NCBI GenBank assembly: GCA_000708835.1 | Contig: DF237049.1 | Location: forward strand, 62,001 to 126,000 | Direction of reading: 5' to 3' | Source: Klebsormidium nitens | Lineage: Eukaryota > Plantae > Klebsormidiophyceae | Length of the DNA: 64,000 nucleotides | Shown: positions 37,702 through 50,325 of the stretch, piece after piece | Layout: every line of letters begins with the position of its first letter | Position numbering within the stretch: position 1 is the first letter of the stretch | Notes under the pieces: generated by a model | Database searches by the model: none | What the model was told of the DNA's origin: nothing | What the model saw: the letters and a program-made list of their open reading frames with translations, nothing else | Position numbers and translations under genes: made by a program

Positions 37702-40700
37702 ATGTCGTCAAGAAGCTTGCATGTGTCTGCATCGCAGTTGAATCTCGAGAGAGGCTGCATAAAACAAAGCAGGTCGTCTGAAAGGCCACCATTACCAAGT
37801 ACTGGTTGGGCAACCTGCTCAGGATGCAGACAATTCTCTCTTGTAGAGTTAAGCGGGTCCTGTAAATTGCGTCCCCGTAGAAAGTTGAGCGAGTCAGATG
37901 GCGTTGGTTGGAGAGGGGAGGGTGGACAGCTCACTCAAGGCTTGAGCCGGATGAATTGGGCCCTGCAATGTAGAGAATGGAGAGCAGCTCGGAGGTTGCT
38001 GTCTGGGGTGGTGAGAGCAGCGATGGTGCAGCAGACACGGGCAGACAGCGATCACACTAGTCCAGGCGTTGAGTTGGCGTCCTCTCTATTAGATTCGCTC
38101 GCTCCATATGTCAGCATGTAAGTCGGCAAATCGGTTTCAGAAGCTTCGTCTCCACATTCATGTCATGCTGCTGAGTTGTGGTTTCCATAAGAATTTGAGG
38201 GAAGTTGGCACTCTACTTCTCAAAGCTCGTTCCCACAACATACACAACAGAGACAGACAATGTGCTGGGTGCAGTGAGCAGATGCTCTAGCTGCTCTCTG
38301 GCAAGAACGACGCTAGAAGTGGTGGCAGGTCCTCAATGTCCTCACAGTGACACTGCTTGAGTACAAAGTGTGTGACCTGAGTGAGCGGACCCTTTGTTTC
38401 AGGTACGACACCACATTACGAGATGGCGCCCAGATGGTTGGCATTTCACTAACCGTTGGGGACAAGCTCAAGATTGCCCGGCTGCTCACAGAGTTAGGAG
38501 CGGACTATATAGAGGGGGGTTGGCCTGGTTCGAACCCCAAAGATGCAGAGTTTTTCCTCCGATTCCAGGAAGCCATGGCCGGTGCACCTTGCAATGCGAG
38601 GTGAGAAGACAATCAAGCAGGTCCGCATGAGTGGTGTGATCACAAGATCGGGCACTGGATTCCAACGCCCAAAGTGTGATACAAAATGCCCATAGGCCTT
38701 CTGAAACGCCCATATCAAAAGTTGCCATTGGAACTTTTGATGAACCTCGTGTACGTCAGGCCTACTTGAGCACTCTCAGCAATGTTGTCGTGTTCACGCT
38801 GTGGTTATGCACGTTCTGATGAGCTTGGAAAGAAGCCGGCAATTGACAGCAGATCCTGTGCGACAGGTACGGCACTCAGAAAACCAAGTTGGCGGCCTTT
38901 GGGGCGACCCGTAGAAAGTACTCCTCCTGCGAACAGGACGCCAACGTCAAGGCGCTCGTGGACAGCGGTGCTGATGTCATCACTCTAGTAGCCAAAGCGT
39001 GGGACGTGCAAGTGACGAAGGTACTTGAGGCCAGCCTGGAGGAGAATCTGCTTATGATAAGAGAAACAGTGGAGTACTTCAAGGTGAGAAACAGGCTGCA
39101 ACTAAGAAAGTTATGGGTTGAAGAGCCTCCGTTTGGAAGTATTTGCTTTTGCGTCTCGTTGGTGATTGAAGAAACAGCGGTATCTTCTCAGTTGCTCTCG
39201 AGAGACTTCTCCCGATGAGGTGATCTTCTTGGGGTAAAATGGACATATCCTAGTTTCTCAATTCTGTTTGAGCTGTTTGCATGGTTCTCCAACTGTCATG
39301 AAGAGTCAGATGACTGCAATCTCCTCTGGCAATGCGTACTTTTAGCCAGATTCTTACTTTCAAGCCCCTGCCCGCTTGCGAGACGCACCTGTCATAGTCT
39401 TGTAGGCAACCACTGGATTCCCTTTCCCCCCTTATTGTATGTAAAACTTGCACTCCTTATGTTGCAATCGTTGAGTTGCATGGTCTTCGTTTCTGGCCTG
39501 TTGTCTGATTCCTCGCGCGCGTGCGTTGCTGTCAGGCCCTGGGCAAGGAGGTGATGTTGGATGCGGAGCACTTCTTTGACGGCTACAAGGCCAACAGCCA
39601 GTACGCGCTCGCTGCCCTCCGTACTGCTGCGGAGGCGGGCGCCGATGTGGTGGTCCTTTGTGACACAAACGGGGGCAGCATGCCCTGGCAAGTAGAGGTG
39701 AGCGGACATGGGCCGCCCCGGCAGTGCGCCATTTGTTGCTTCTTCTCTCCTCAAGCACCGTGTTGTTGCTTGCTCATCAAGGAACTTGCAACTGCGACCT
39801 TCGTTTGAGAAAAGCTCTACCCTTCACTGCCTGGTTTGTAGATACGGGGGTTTGCGGCTGACGTGGCAGTCTTAGGCATTCTGCTCCCCTGTCTCGAGCT
39901 GCACTTAAACCTCTGTCTCTTTGTTTGTCTCCCGAATGAGGGCTCAAGCACGGTGTTGCAAGAACCTGACAAATCAGCTATCTTCTTTTGGACACAGGAC
40001 TGGACGCGTGCGGCCAAGGAGGTGCTCCAGGACTGGCCTCACGTTCGCATTGGTATCCATACGCATAACGACTGCGACATGGCGGTAGCTAACAGCCTGG
40101 CCGCAGTGAGGGGGGGTGCCACTTTGATACAAGGCTGTATGAACGGATATGGGGAGAGGACAGGGAACGCGAACCTGGTAAGGACGGGCTCGTTTTTGGG
40201 CCTTGTTTGTTGAGTTTACTGAAGTCAATCTGTCTGAAAGGTTTATTGATGGACAGGGTTCCGTCACTCGCTGCTTTTGAAAGGCTGTCGATTCAACCCT
40301 TGCCATGCGTGGGGGTGCCGCCTCGTTTCAGGAAAGCTGTAGTTTGGCCTCAAGTTTTGCGGCTCTGTGATTTTGAACTTGGTGAGACGTGTAGCTTTGA
40401 AGGAAGATCCTGAAAAATGTTCTCAGCAAATGCAGCGAAGCAAACCGCAGAAGCACTTAGAGCTGTTCCCACTTATTGTCGCCTGTACTCGTAGCTCGGC
40501 TTCGCAGAGCCGAGTCCTTGTGGTCCGCAAGCTGAAGCTCTGGCTTCCCGCAGACGCTCCTGTCATAATCAAATTTGCTGTCTGCCTGCAGGTCTCCGTG
40601 ATAGGCGGGCTTCAGGCGAAGATGGGGTACCGCTGCATCCCCATGGAGTCCCTGAGTCGCCTCACAGAGATTGCTTCCGAAGTGGGCGAGATCGCGGGGC

Positions 40701-43045
40701 AGCCCATGAGGCCCAGCCAGCCTTTCGTGGGCTCTAGTGCGTTTGCTCACAAGGGCGGCATTCACGTGGCGGCCGTTCGAAAGGTGGGCGAGGGTGCTCG
40801 AGCTTTCTCTCGAGAAGAGTGTACTTCATGTTGTCGTGTGGCATCGCACAGACGATTGGACAGGATGCTCACGTCAGCCCAGGCCTCCTTTCGTACCCAG
40901 TGCGAGCTCACTCACTTATAGACAGAACCATTTGGACCTGATTGGGGCACGAACGTCCTCCTACGAAGGAGACAAAATCTGAGTTCGATATAAGATTGCG
41001 GAAGCTTCTCAACACCTGTTTTCGGGCTTCAATGCTCTGTTGGCACAGGCAGCCACTCTTCCGCTTTTGCCGCTCGTCTGCATTCAAGTGCTTACCTGTG
41101 CCTCGTTCACGATGCCCTGTCCCGTTGGTGCGCAGATGCCCGAGTCGTACAACCACATGGACCCGCGCAGCGTGGGCAACACGATGCGGTCGGTGGTGAG
41201 CGAGCTGTCGGGGCGCGGCAACATCCTGGACAAGGCCGAGCAGGCGGGCCTCCTGCTCGACAAGGACGTCGCGGGGAGCGTGCTCGCGCGCATCAAGCAG
41301 ATGGAGAACGAGGTGCGGCAGCTTTGGCCTGCTTTTAATTCTCATTACGAGTCAAAGCCGCAGGGACAAGTCTCGAAGGGGTCTTGGTTTTTTGGTAGAG
41401 TGACCGGTCGCTTCCGGAGACGGATGGGCCCAGCTTCGCAGCAGATTGGATGGTTGCGACGTGAACTGCAAAGCAGTCATTGCTGCTGCCCCAGAAGCAT
41501 CAAAGCTGCTCTGCATTGGGAGCTCAAGTCGTAATAGCGCAAGTCGTGGAAGACGTGAAAGTAGAAAGCTGAACACCGAGAGCCTGCAAAGATGCTCGGT
41601 GCTCACGTCGATCTTCCATCCAGACGTCCGCCCCTGCCACGTCACATCCTCCAGGACACGCAGGTCCTTGCCCTGCGCCGCGCCCACCGCCGCGCCCACG
41701 TACTGCCACTGCTTCGTAGAAATGATACATGGCACGGGCCGCTTATAGAGAGATAATGATTGGAAGAGTAAAGCCTTCTCATCCGTTCGAGCGACTGACA
41801 ATGGCAAAGGAAGACTCCTAACGGGTGGAAACCCAGGGACTGACCGAAATTGAGATTTCGTGGTTGCGCTTGTGACATCCACAAGAATCCTCTTGACTGG
41901 CTATGACATCCTTGCACCCTCCTCATAGTGTGGAAATTGACTATAATTTGCAACAGGAGCCGTCTCTGCACAGCCCTCTCAAGGGGAATAGCCTTGTCTG
42001 ACCTTTGGATCCTTGTCAAGTTCGTAGTGACACTTGTTAACGACACGCCCTCCTGGCCGCAGGGGTGCACGTTTGAGAACGCGGGCGCGTCGGTGGACAT
42101 GCTGATCATGCGGCGGGACCGGCACTACCGGCAGCCGTTCCGCGTGCTCGAGTTCTCGGTCATCTCCAGCAACCGGGGCGGCGCGCGCGGCAGCGACTCG
42201 GAGGACGACGAGGTGGGCGAGGCCAGCAGCGGGCACTGCGGGGACTGGCTGGACGCTAACAACAGCCACGTGAACCAGGCCATCGTGAAGCTGCTCGTCG
42301 GGAACAAGGTCAAGGTGCGTGCCGTGATGGCGCCGATGCCTTGCATCGCTGAGTCCACGTTCATAAGTTGTTGCCCTACTTCGCCCGGGACTTGTCAAAA
42401 CGGTGACTGCAGCAGATATGAAAGTTGCGGTGCTTTCTGTGCTTATCACTTCTGCGATCAGCAACTTCGAGTTAAGTTCATTGCGTGTGCTGGCTCAGCT
42501 CAGTTGATTGGTTTGAGGCTCGTCGTTCGCATTCTTGATTGCTTTAAGCAGAAGTGGGTAACCAAACTTCAAGGCCTCGGATCGTTCAGATCTTTTTGTC
42601 GGGAATGCAGGCTTGCCTGGCCGCTTCTCGTGGACGTATGGTTACTTGTGCTCACATTCACCCTTTTGAGCCTTCCGTTTCTCTCCAGTTGAGCGCGGCG
42701 GAGGGCAACGGCCCCGTGGACGCGCTGAACAAGGCCCTGCGCGAGCCGCTCGAGACCGAGTACCCCCAGCTGCGGCAGACCGATTTGGCGGACTACCGCG
42801 TGCGCCTGCTCGAGTCGGACATCTCGGGCCGGTCCGCGTCCGACAGCGCGTCCACCACGCGCGTGACCATCGACTTCGAGGACGAGGACGGCAACAAGTG
42901 GACCACCGTTGGCGCGCACACCAGCATCGTGGAGGCCAGTTTCCGCGCGCTCGTGGACGGGCTCGAGTTCGGCATCATCAATTGCGACGACGTGAGAGCG
43001 CCGGCTGTTTGGAGACTGTCTTTGTGTACCAAGTCGTTTGTTTGA
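37702..43045 (+). CDS. cimA: (R)-citramalate synthase, bacterial CimA type (DRE-TIM family), with N-terminal transit-like extension
   Basis: Spliced motifs: [81 protein letters not shown]...[83 protein letters not shown]...[11 protein letters not shown]. The 3' end is uncertain because a donor at 42992 suggests a short extra exon. Confidence 0.88.
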
Positions 43046-43732
43046 GGGGCAGTCTGAGGTTTTGGGACTTCAGGACGGAGTCTGATCTCAGAGTGCCTCC
43101 TGCCGTCTATAAACGCGAACCGGGACTGCTTCTTAGTGGAGTGTTTTTCTTTCTGTCGGTGCTTTTGGGTTTCTCAGCAAGGATTCGTGGTGCCGAGCTT
43201 CCTTAATAATGCGATTTGACGCTGATCTTTGCACCATAATGGATAAGCGTAGGCCAGTATGTTGCTGACTGCTCATTTCGAAAGTCAGAGTTGGTCTTGG
43301 TTGGCAAAGGTTTGTAGGCGTTTGCGACTTCTTTACTGCTCCATGTTGCTTGACTTGCGGGCGTTCCGGATTTGGGCAATCCGGTTGCATTGCTCGTTGT
43401 CTGCGCTCTGGCAGGCTTGGGGGCTGTGAAGCCTTGAAAGAACGATATATTTGCTAAATGTGAAGCTTACTCAAGCTCCCTGACAAAATCTTCTCTCTCA
43501 AACAGGATGGGTGTGACATCAATTAGCGGAGCTATGGTCAGAAGAAAGGCAAGCGTGTTTGTTCAGCCCTTCTGTAGGACAAAGTACTCAACCTGGAGAG
43601 TTCTTAGACAAACGGCGTTGAAGAGTCGAAGCGACTGGTACCTTAAGCGAATGGTATCCAGATCCTCCAAAGCTGGTGGAGAGTTCCAAGAGAAAGTGAT
43701 ACTCGTACGACACATAGCATGCGAAGTACCTT

Positions 43733-44400
43733 AGAATGGAAGGCTGACAGTATGTCGGCTTGAAGAGCTAACAATGGCTGAAGCGGCCGGCCAAGGAAGT
43801 CCGATGCCGGCCTTTGCAATTTGCCTATTTTTACCTCTGGTTTTATCATTCTTGGATCGTGCCTCGATAAGGAGGGATGTTAGTATGCCCCGAGCTGGCC
43901 AGCATGTGGCGTTATAGTCGTCCTCGATGCTGCATGTCACCCTACAGACGTTGAGGTGCAGCTTGCGCAGCCATCCCTTTGATGGCGCTGCAGTCGCAAA
44001 TAATCATGGTTGCACGCACTTATGCCACGCCACCCGGACCGTACTACATCGAGTTCCACATGGCCTGGTACTGTAAACACGGTTCATTAAATAATACTTT
44101 CGTGAGAAGGCCGTAGCTTTCGCCATGGACCTAACGGGTGCCGCGTACAGACATGCAAGTCACGACTGCGACCTTTGGATTCGAAAAGCTACTCTACCAC
44201 TACAATATAGCGACGTACCGGGTTCATTTTTTGCACACTAAACTCAGATCTGCCTCGATCTCGTGCTAGATCTCAATTAATTCGGGACTCAAATCGATTC
44301 CTTTCGTCAAGCCACATCCGTGCTACCTGGCAGTCGGGCCGGCCATACCTTGTTTTTCGAAATTCATACAAGATGAAATTGAATCCGGATTCATTCGAAA
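43733..44400. repeat. Diverged direct repeat, copy 1 (partner at 48716-49400)
   Basis: Collinear shared blocks include AATGGAAGGCTGACAGTATG, GATAAGGAGGGATGTTAGTATGCC, TTGAGGTGCAGCTTGC, GAAGGCCGTAGC, TAACGGGTGCC and TTTGCACACTA, with many indels. Boundaries are approximate. Confidence 0.85.
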
Positions 44401-45528
44401 CAGGAATTAAACCGCTGAAATCGGCGCTTTGTCGAAAAAAGATAGCGCCCATTGCAAATCCATACGTCAAAGTTTCTTCAAATATGTTCCAAACAGGTCT
44501 CCACTGGTCGAATAACAAGTTCCCCCGGGCCCCTTTCTCTTAACTCCAGAACATTTGGTCATATGATCCTCGGGCGGCGATACATAAAAGTGCCCGCTGC
44601 TCCAAAACGCCCTAAAAAGCATGTTTTGACTAGAGGTTTATAGTTAGCATTTCATGTGTCCTTGCATATGCAAAAGACGGTTCTCAAAAAGATGAAGCGA
44701 AGCTCAAGATATGAATGAAGACGCCTTCATGATTTTCAGTTGCGGGCAATAGGGTTTTGTATCTCCGAATTAAGGAAGTTCGAAGAACACTCAAGTCTCG
44801 CTTAGAAGATTCCTTGAAAGTGTACTCCGAGTCTACGCAAATTGCATGCATCATCTTTAAACGACTTGCATGGCCAGGCGGGCACTTTCCATTGTACATG
44901 AGACTTTGCGGCGCACATTTCAAGATACCGAGTTCGATCGAGTGTGATTGAATCTATGACTTCTTGGAACCCAATAGGAGCACCAACAATGGCACTTGAA
45001 TGTAATGGACTTGCGCAGACAACATTAACTTAGGGATAATTACACAGTGATACAAAGCGGTGTTTGCGAGAAAAATGCGGACTGCTTCTTGTGGGACATC
45101 TTCACAACCATCAACTTACTCCAGAGCAAGCAATCTGTACCACTTGGCCAACACTTAGATGGTTCCACCTCCTTACTTCAAAGTGACGAGATTGGGTGTG
45201 TTTCACAAGCAACCGATTGCCTGGATGAAACTCCTGGCTTCAGGCGAATTAGGCATTTGTGATGCGACGTTGGCTCCTGCCTGCGCTTCACAAGAGCTCT
45301 CCAAAACATTCATGCTCCCTCGAGACAAGTTGCAATCATGGCAGTCCAATGCTCAGACACCGTGCAAACTTTCAAGACACAATTGAATGCTTGCACGGTG
45401 TCTGAGACTGCAGCTTATTGACATGTCCAAACGGGCACCTATGGCGGTGGTGGCAAGCTGACACTGAACCGAGCTTGTCAGCGCAAAGTCGAAGTGTAAC
45501 GCTCTCTCTTATGCAGGGCTGTTCATAT

Positions 45529-47691
45529 TTACAAGATCGACCTAGGAATAAAAACGTCCGCAACAGTGTTGTGCCACGGGTCCGACAGGTGCTGTGCGAG
45601 GTTCTCAAGAGGTCCAGTGCCTGGCCTTACGGCTGCTTGCACGGCAAAGCCAAGGAAAGCAACCAAAGCCAACCGTCCTGCAGCAGAACATGACGTATGT
45701 TAAGGGGGATGCAATGTGCCGTCAGAAATCCTATCCAAGAGACGCCATGGCTCGCATATGCATTTGTTGTAAGCAGCTTGAAAACAAGAATGCACCTCCC
45801 AGAATAAAGCACTTTGAATCTGAATTTTAGTAACTCACGAACAAGACTGCTCAAAGACTTGCACACGATCTCAAAACGATTCCAATTCATCGAAGACCTC
45901 TCACCATTCTTAAGCTCCTTCAGCTTCAACTCGTCCAGCTTAGCGGGGTCTTTGGAGAAACCTGTAGAACAAGAGAGCACAACTGATAAGCTGAGACCCT
46001 CCATCACTGGCGTCCAGCCCTGACTCTCCCACCTGAATAGAAACCCTTGTGTTTTCATCTTTCTGTCACATTGCTTTCCTCATTCCTTGTTGCAGCCAAA
46101 GTAGCCAGCTGAAGTTGAAGGCGAGCTCTGAGTCTCACCAAGGGGATCGAAGGCGCCGCCGGGGTACTTCTTCTTCTCCGCATCGCTCTCGTTGTTCCTC
46201 TGGGACTCGGCCCAAGCAAGCGCAGCGAACTCAACAGCGAGAATGGTGGGTAGATTGCCCCAAGGCACGGCGACTCCGAGGTAAGTGGGGATGCCGCCCT
46301 TGGCTGCCCAGTCCTGTGCGTTCAACCAGTTGCCCAGACCGAGAGCCTCAGGGACGAGGACGCCCGCCTACAGGACGCGACCAATTGGTAGTGAGAATCT
46401 TCAAGCGCCGTCTGACTAAGGTGCCAAAAGAACCTCATCGACCAAGAGAAGCCAAGCATGATGCAGTGATGTGATCCCGAAAGTGGTCTAAAAGAGGAAG
46501 TGCGGCAGTAACAGATGCCGTTATAAGAAACCTCCCCGTTCAGAGAGAGCAATTGTACGCAGTTGCAGGTCATCGCAGAAGCGAGCTAAAAGCTGGATTC
46601 TCTTGCTTCCCAAATGCTAAAGAGGGGTCTGGCTTGTTGTCAGCATCCATTCGCAGAAGGTTTACTTGAATGGGTTACTTCTTGCAGCCTCGCCAGAAGG
46701 ACTTACTGCGATGTTCACCAAGCCCACTCTGTACAGCAATGTGATGCAATCTGAAGCCCTTCATTTGTAAACAATCTGCTTTTACTGACTTTTCGTTTTG
46801 ACCCTCAGAACACCATTGCTTTGCTCTGTCATTCTTTGCCATTGAGGACCAGGTGTCTGGGGGCGCAAGCACAAGAACCTGTAATGGCCTTAAGTGCAGT
46901 TCCAATTGCGGATGCTTGCAAGCGAATCTTCGTTGGAGAGAACGTGCACTTTAGTCAGGAGGCACGAAAACTCACAACTCCAAGCATGGCCCACCGGCAG
47001 TGGATCAGCTCTGCTTCTTGAAACCGGGCCAGGTTCTCGGGAACCTCTCCAAAACCCAAAGGATCGAATCCGAAGTCACTGCACAGAAGAGAGTGGCATT
47101 CTGAGGGACAATCTAAGTGGGTGACTTGAATGCGATGGGCAAGTGCAGATAATAATGAGGCGAATAATTAACACTTTCTGCACATTTCTAATAAAATGCA
47201 GACACCTTCAGCGCAATTTGCTGATCTTCATTTGCTGACAGCAGATTAAAGGGGTGTGATATACACCAAAGGAGTATGTCTTAGCAACTGCAAGTGCTGC
47301 TTTGCCACATTACGAGCAGTGCTGGCAGCAGCTACTTGATCCATCATTACAGCATGCTACCTCCGTTCAAATGCAGCCTGTTGACAACCTTTTGGTTGGC
47401 AAAGCTCAGATCCTTCTAGGTCACATTGAGAAACTTGTGATTTAGGCTAGGGCTTTTCTGGAACCTGTGGATGAATCAGGCTTACCCTGGCAGGCCATCC
47501 AGGTATTCGGGGAGCTTTGAGCCCGGCAGCCACGAGGCCCTCATGGATACCTTGGCGGACCCTGCAATGCTTCTGCAAAGCACAGACCTGCTCCCGCTCA
47601 AGTAGGTGCTCTTCTGCGAAAGAACCGCCTGGGTGCCAGTAAGGCCAACCAATCCGCTGGCCGCAGCGCGGGCAACCACAGCCTGAGCCAT
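45529..47691 (-). CDS. LHCA1: Photosystem I light-harvesting chlorophyll a/b-binding protein Lhca1
   Basis: MAQAVV...[21 protein letters not shown]|[34 protein letters not shown]|...[17 protein letters not shown]...[17 protein letters not shown]...[12 protein letters not shown]|[20 protein letters not shown]|[10 protein letters not shown]...[19 protein letters not shown]. These features are diagnostic of Lhca1. Confidence 0.96.
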
Positions 47692-47909
47692 CCTTCTTGG
47701 TAGCAAGCACGAGACGAGCTTCTCGAAGGGCGATGCGCAACAAGAGCCCTTTTCTTCCACCAACGACTCGGAGTTCAACTTCGAATGCAGGTCAGGTAGC
47801 CTGTAGGTGCCTGGCCAGTGGCAGAGGAAGATGCACCACAGGGGTACGTCGTACGATGTTCGAATTTCTTGAACAGTGCTCAGCGCACACTCAAGACTGG
47901 CGAGAAGAG

Positions 47910-48026
47910 CCAATCGCAGCCGTGCAACCTGGATGAGATTTCCTCTAGGTACTTTTGAGGGCGGGGGGATGTCGGACCCGCAACTTGGCCATATTAAAGT
48001 TGGACGGTCGAAAAGATAATTATCTT
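47910..48026. promoter_or_regulatory. Candidate light/GLK-responsive motifs upstream of LHCA1
   Basis: CCAATC (47910-47915), AGATTTC matching RGATTYY (47936-47942), and a GATA palindrome AAGATAATTATCTT (48013-48026), 220-335 bp upstream of the ATG. Short motifs like these can occur by chance. Confidence 0.3.
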
Positions 48027-48715
48027 CTCAAATCAACGGCCAGGTGGCTCTGAAAACAAGTCCACCCTCTTGACCCCGGGACCTTCCAACAAGTACAAAC
48101 TTGCGCATCTTCACTTCGATCCTTCGCTGATTCGCTGGTATCTGGCCCCTTCCAATCACCCGTCCGCACCTTCGAAGGCACTTCGCGGAAATACGAGCTT
48201 GGCGTCGCACGCCGACTGTCATGGTCTCGCTTCGCAGAAGTTGAATCAAGGAACGGTTACTTACAATAATACGAAGGGCGGAAAACGGAGAGCTTACTAG
48301 GCAAAACAGTGGGAATAGGCAGATTAAAGGGAAGACAAAGAGGCAGACTAGCTCGGAGAAGAGGAGGAGTTTCCGAAGGAGGGGGTCAAGGACGCGTATG
48401 GAAAGGGGGGTAGTTTGTGAATTGAGGGTTATTTTGCGTGGTTACATGAGCAGTCTGTACACTTTTTCGTATAGCATAAAAATGTCGTGTACATGTGAAA
48501 AGCGTACTTTTTGGAGTCTGAAGTTGCTTATCTAAGAATCGAACAAACCGGAGTCGTACGATCTGTGCATCTTACGGCTCCCATTCGCTGACTGCCAAGA
48601 CTGACTTTGCGTTGCATTGTGTGTAGGTAGCTGGGTGTGTGTCAGTGTGTATATTTTGTAATCCCCTTTGTTTCGGGCGTACATTTTTTAGTCTTTTAGC
48701 GCATTGAAGTTCCTA

Positions 48716-49400
48716 AAAATGGAAGGCTGACAGTATGTTGGCTCAAAGAGTGAAAGAGCTAACACTGAGGTGGCTGAAGCGGCCGGCTTGAAGGATGTCC
48801 GATGCTGGCCTTTGCGTTTGCGTCTGTTTAGAGTCGATTATATCACTAATTTTGAATTGTGCCTGGATAAGGAGGGATGTTAGTATGCCGCGAGCTGGCC
48901 TGCAGCATGTGACATTATAGTCGTCATGTGGTCGTCCTCGATGCTGCAGAGCACTCTGCAAGCCTGAGTTGAGGTGCAGCTTGCATGCCATCCCTTAGAT
49001 GGCTCTGCAGTAAATAAGATTATGATTGCACGCAGTGTTATGTGCCACCATAACGTGACCATAACACGGAGTTGCACATGGCTTGCTACTGCAAACACGG
49101 TTTATTCATTCATACTTCTGTTGTGAAGGCCGTAGCGCTTTCGCCTGCACTTAACGGGTGCCCGTACAGACAACTTACGACTTCAATCTTTAGATTCGAG
49201 AACCAGGCTTTACTCTGCAATTCTATACACTACCAACGTAGGGTTCACCTTTTGCACACTACACTCATATGCCTCTTACGATCTCGATTCGAGGTCGACT
49301 CGATCTTTCTTTCTTCAAATATATAAGCCATAGCCATGCTGCAGCTGGCAGTCCGGCCATACAGTGTTTCGAAGTTCCAGTAAGATGGATTCAATGAGTC
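48716..49400. repeat. Diverged direct repeat, copy 2 (partner at 43733-44400)
   Basis: Same collinear blocks as copy 1; weak similarity may continue for another ~200 bp. Confidence 0.85.
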
Positions 49401-50325
49401 CATTTCTTCGATACTCGCCCGATACTCGATGATGCGTAGTGACACAGCATGATAACAGTACAAATTGGACACATGATGGGTTGCAAGCGGACTCGAATCG
49501 GCTTTGACGGCTCGACCCTTACGCAGACATAACGTGACAGCAAGGCCGCCTCCGACTGCTTTAGCATGTAGGAAACGCATTTCAGCTGCGTGCACCTGAG
49601 TACCTTGCAAGTATCTCACATGCCGCGGTAGCTCTGCAATCTATCACTTGCGAGACGTGACATGGAGCTGCATGGGCAATCATCATGCAAAGTTGTGCAT
49701 GTCCGGATCAAAACAATGATCAGAATCACGCGCTTAACATATATCATGTGTGGTCGATAATGCAGTCACCACAGCTAATGCGGTTCGACGCGTGTTTGCT
49801 GAGTCTCATCCTTAGAGAAGTTGCACAGCGGCCGGACTCGATAGACACAAAGCTGAACAGCATCGATAGCACTCGACCGACTCTCTTGCTGAACATGCAA
49901 GCATTCACAACGCCCACAGTCGCAAAGATGAAAACTCGTCCGACTAAATGCACTAATTTGTCGTCACTGAGTAATGCAACGTACCGCACATGTTGATTCT
50001 AGATACGAAAAGTCAAGAATCTTGTGAGATATGGTTGCCGCCACAGGCCATGATCAATTCACGAGGGCGAGCAGATGCATTAACACCTCACGAGATTCGT
50101 TTCCCCCCTAGTACGGATTGATGGACACGCGTCTTTGCCCGAGCTTGCCCACATCTCAGCATGCCTCGTGAGCCGGAAACATTCCTTTGCAAGTTTTTCT
50201 AGAGGACTGTTCCGAAGTCCGCCAGGCACCGGAGTGAGGATGCATATATGGCTGCGGTAGTACTTTGAAAATTTCAGTGAGGCTCTGTATTTTGCCAACC
50301 CGCTTGGCACAAGCGTTTCTGGTTT

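Noticed and set aside
37702-43045. 2-isopropylmalate synthase (LeuA/IPMS) or MAM annotation
   Set aside because: It lacks the LeuA-type HESGIH motif and carries CimA-type [18 protein letters not shown] and AHKGGIH.
43733-44400. Assigning the LHCA1-flanking repeat to a KDZ/CxC transposase, gypsy integrase or PD-(D/E)xK nuclease from fragments such as CKHG, FETLYGR and QLAAY
   Set aside because: The motifs are too short, fall in different frames or strands, and are interrupted by stops; this needs a profile search.
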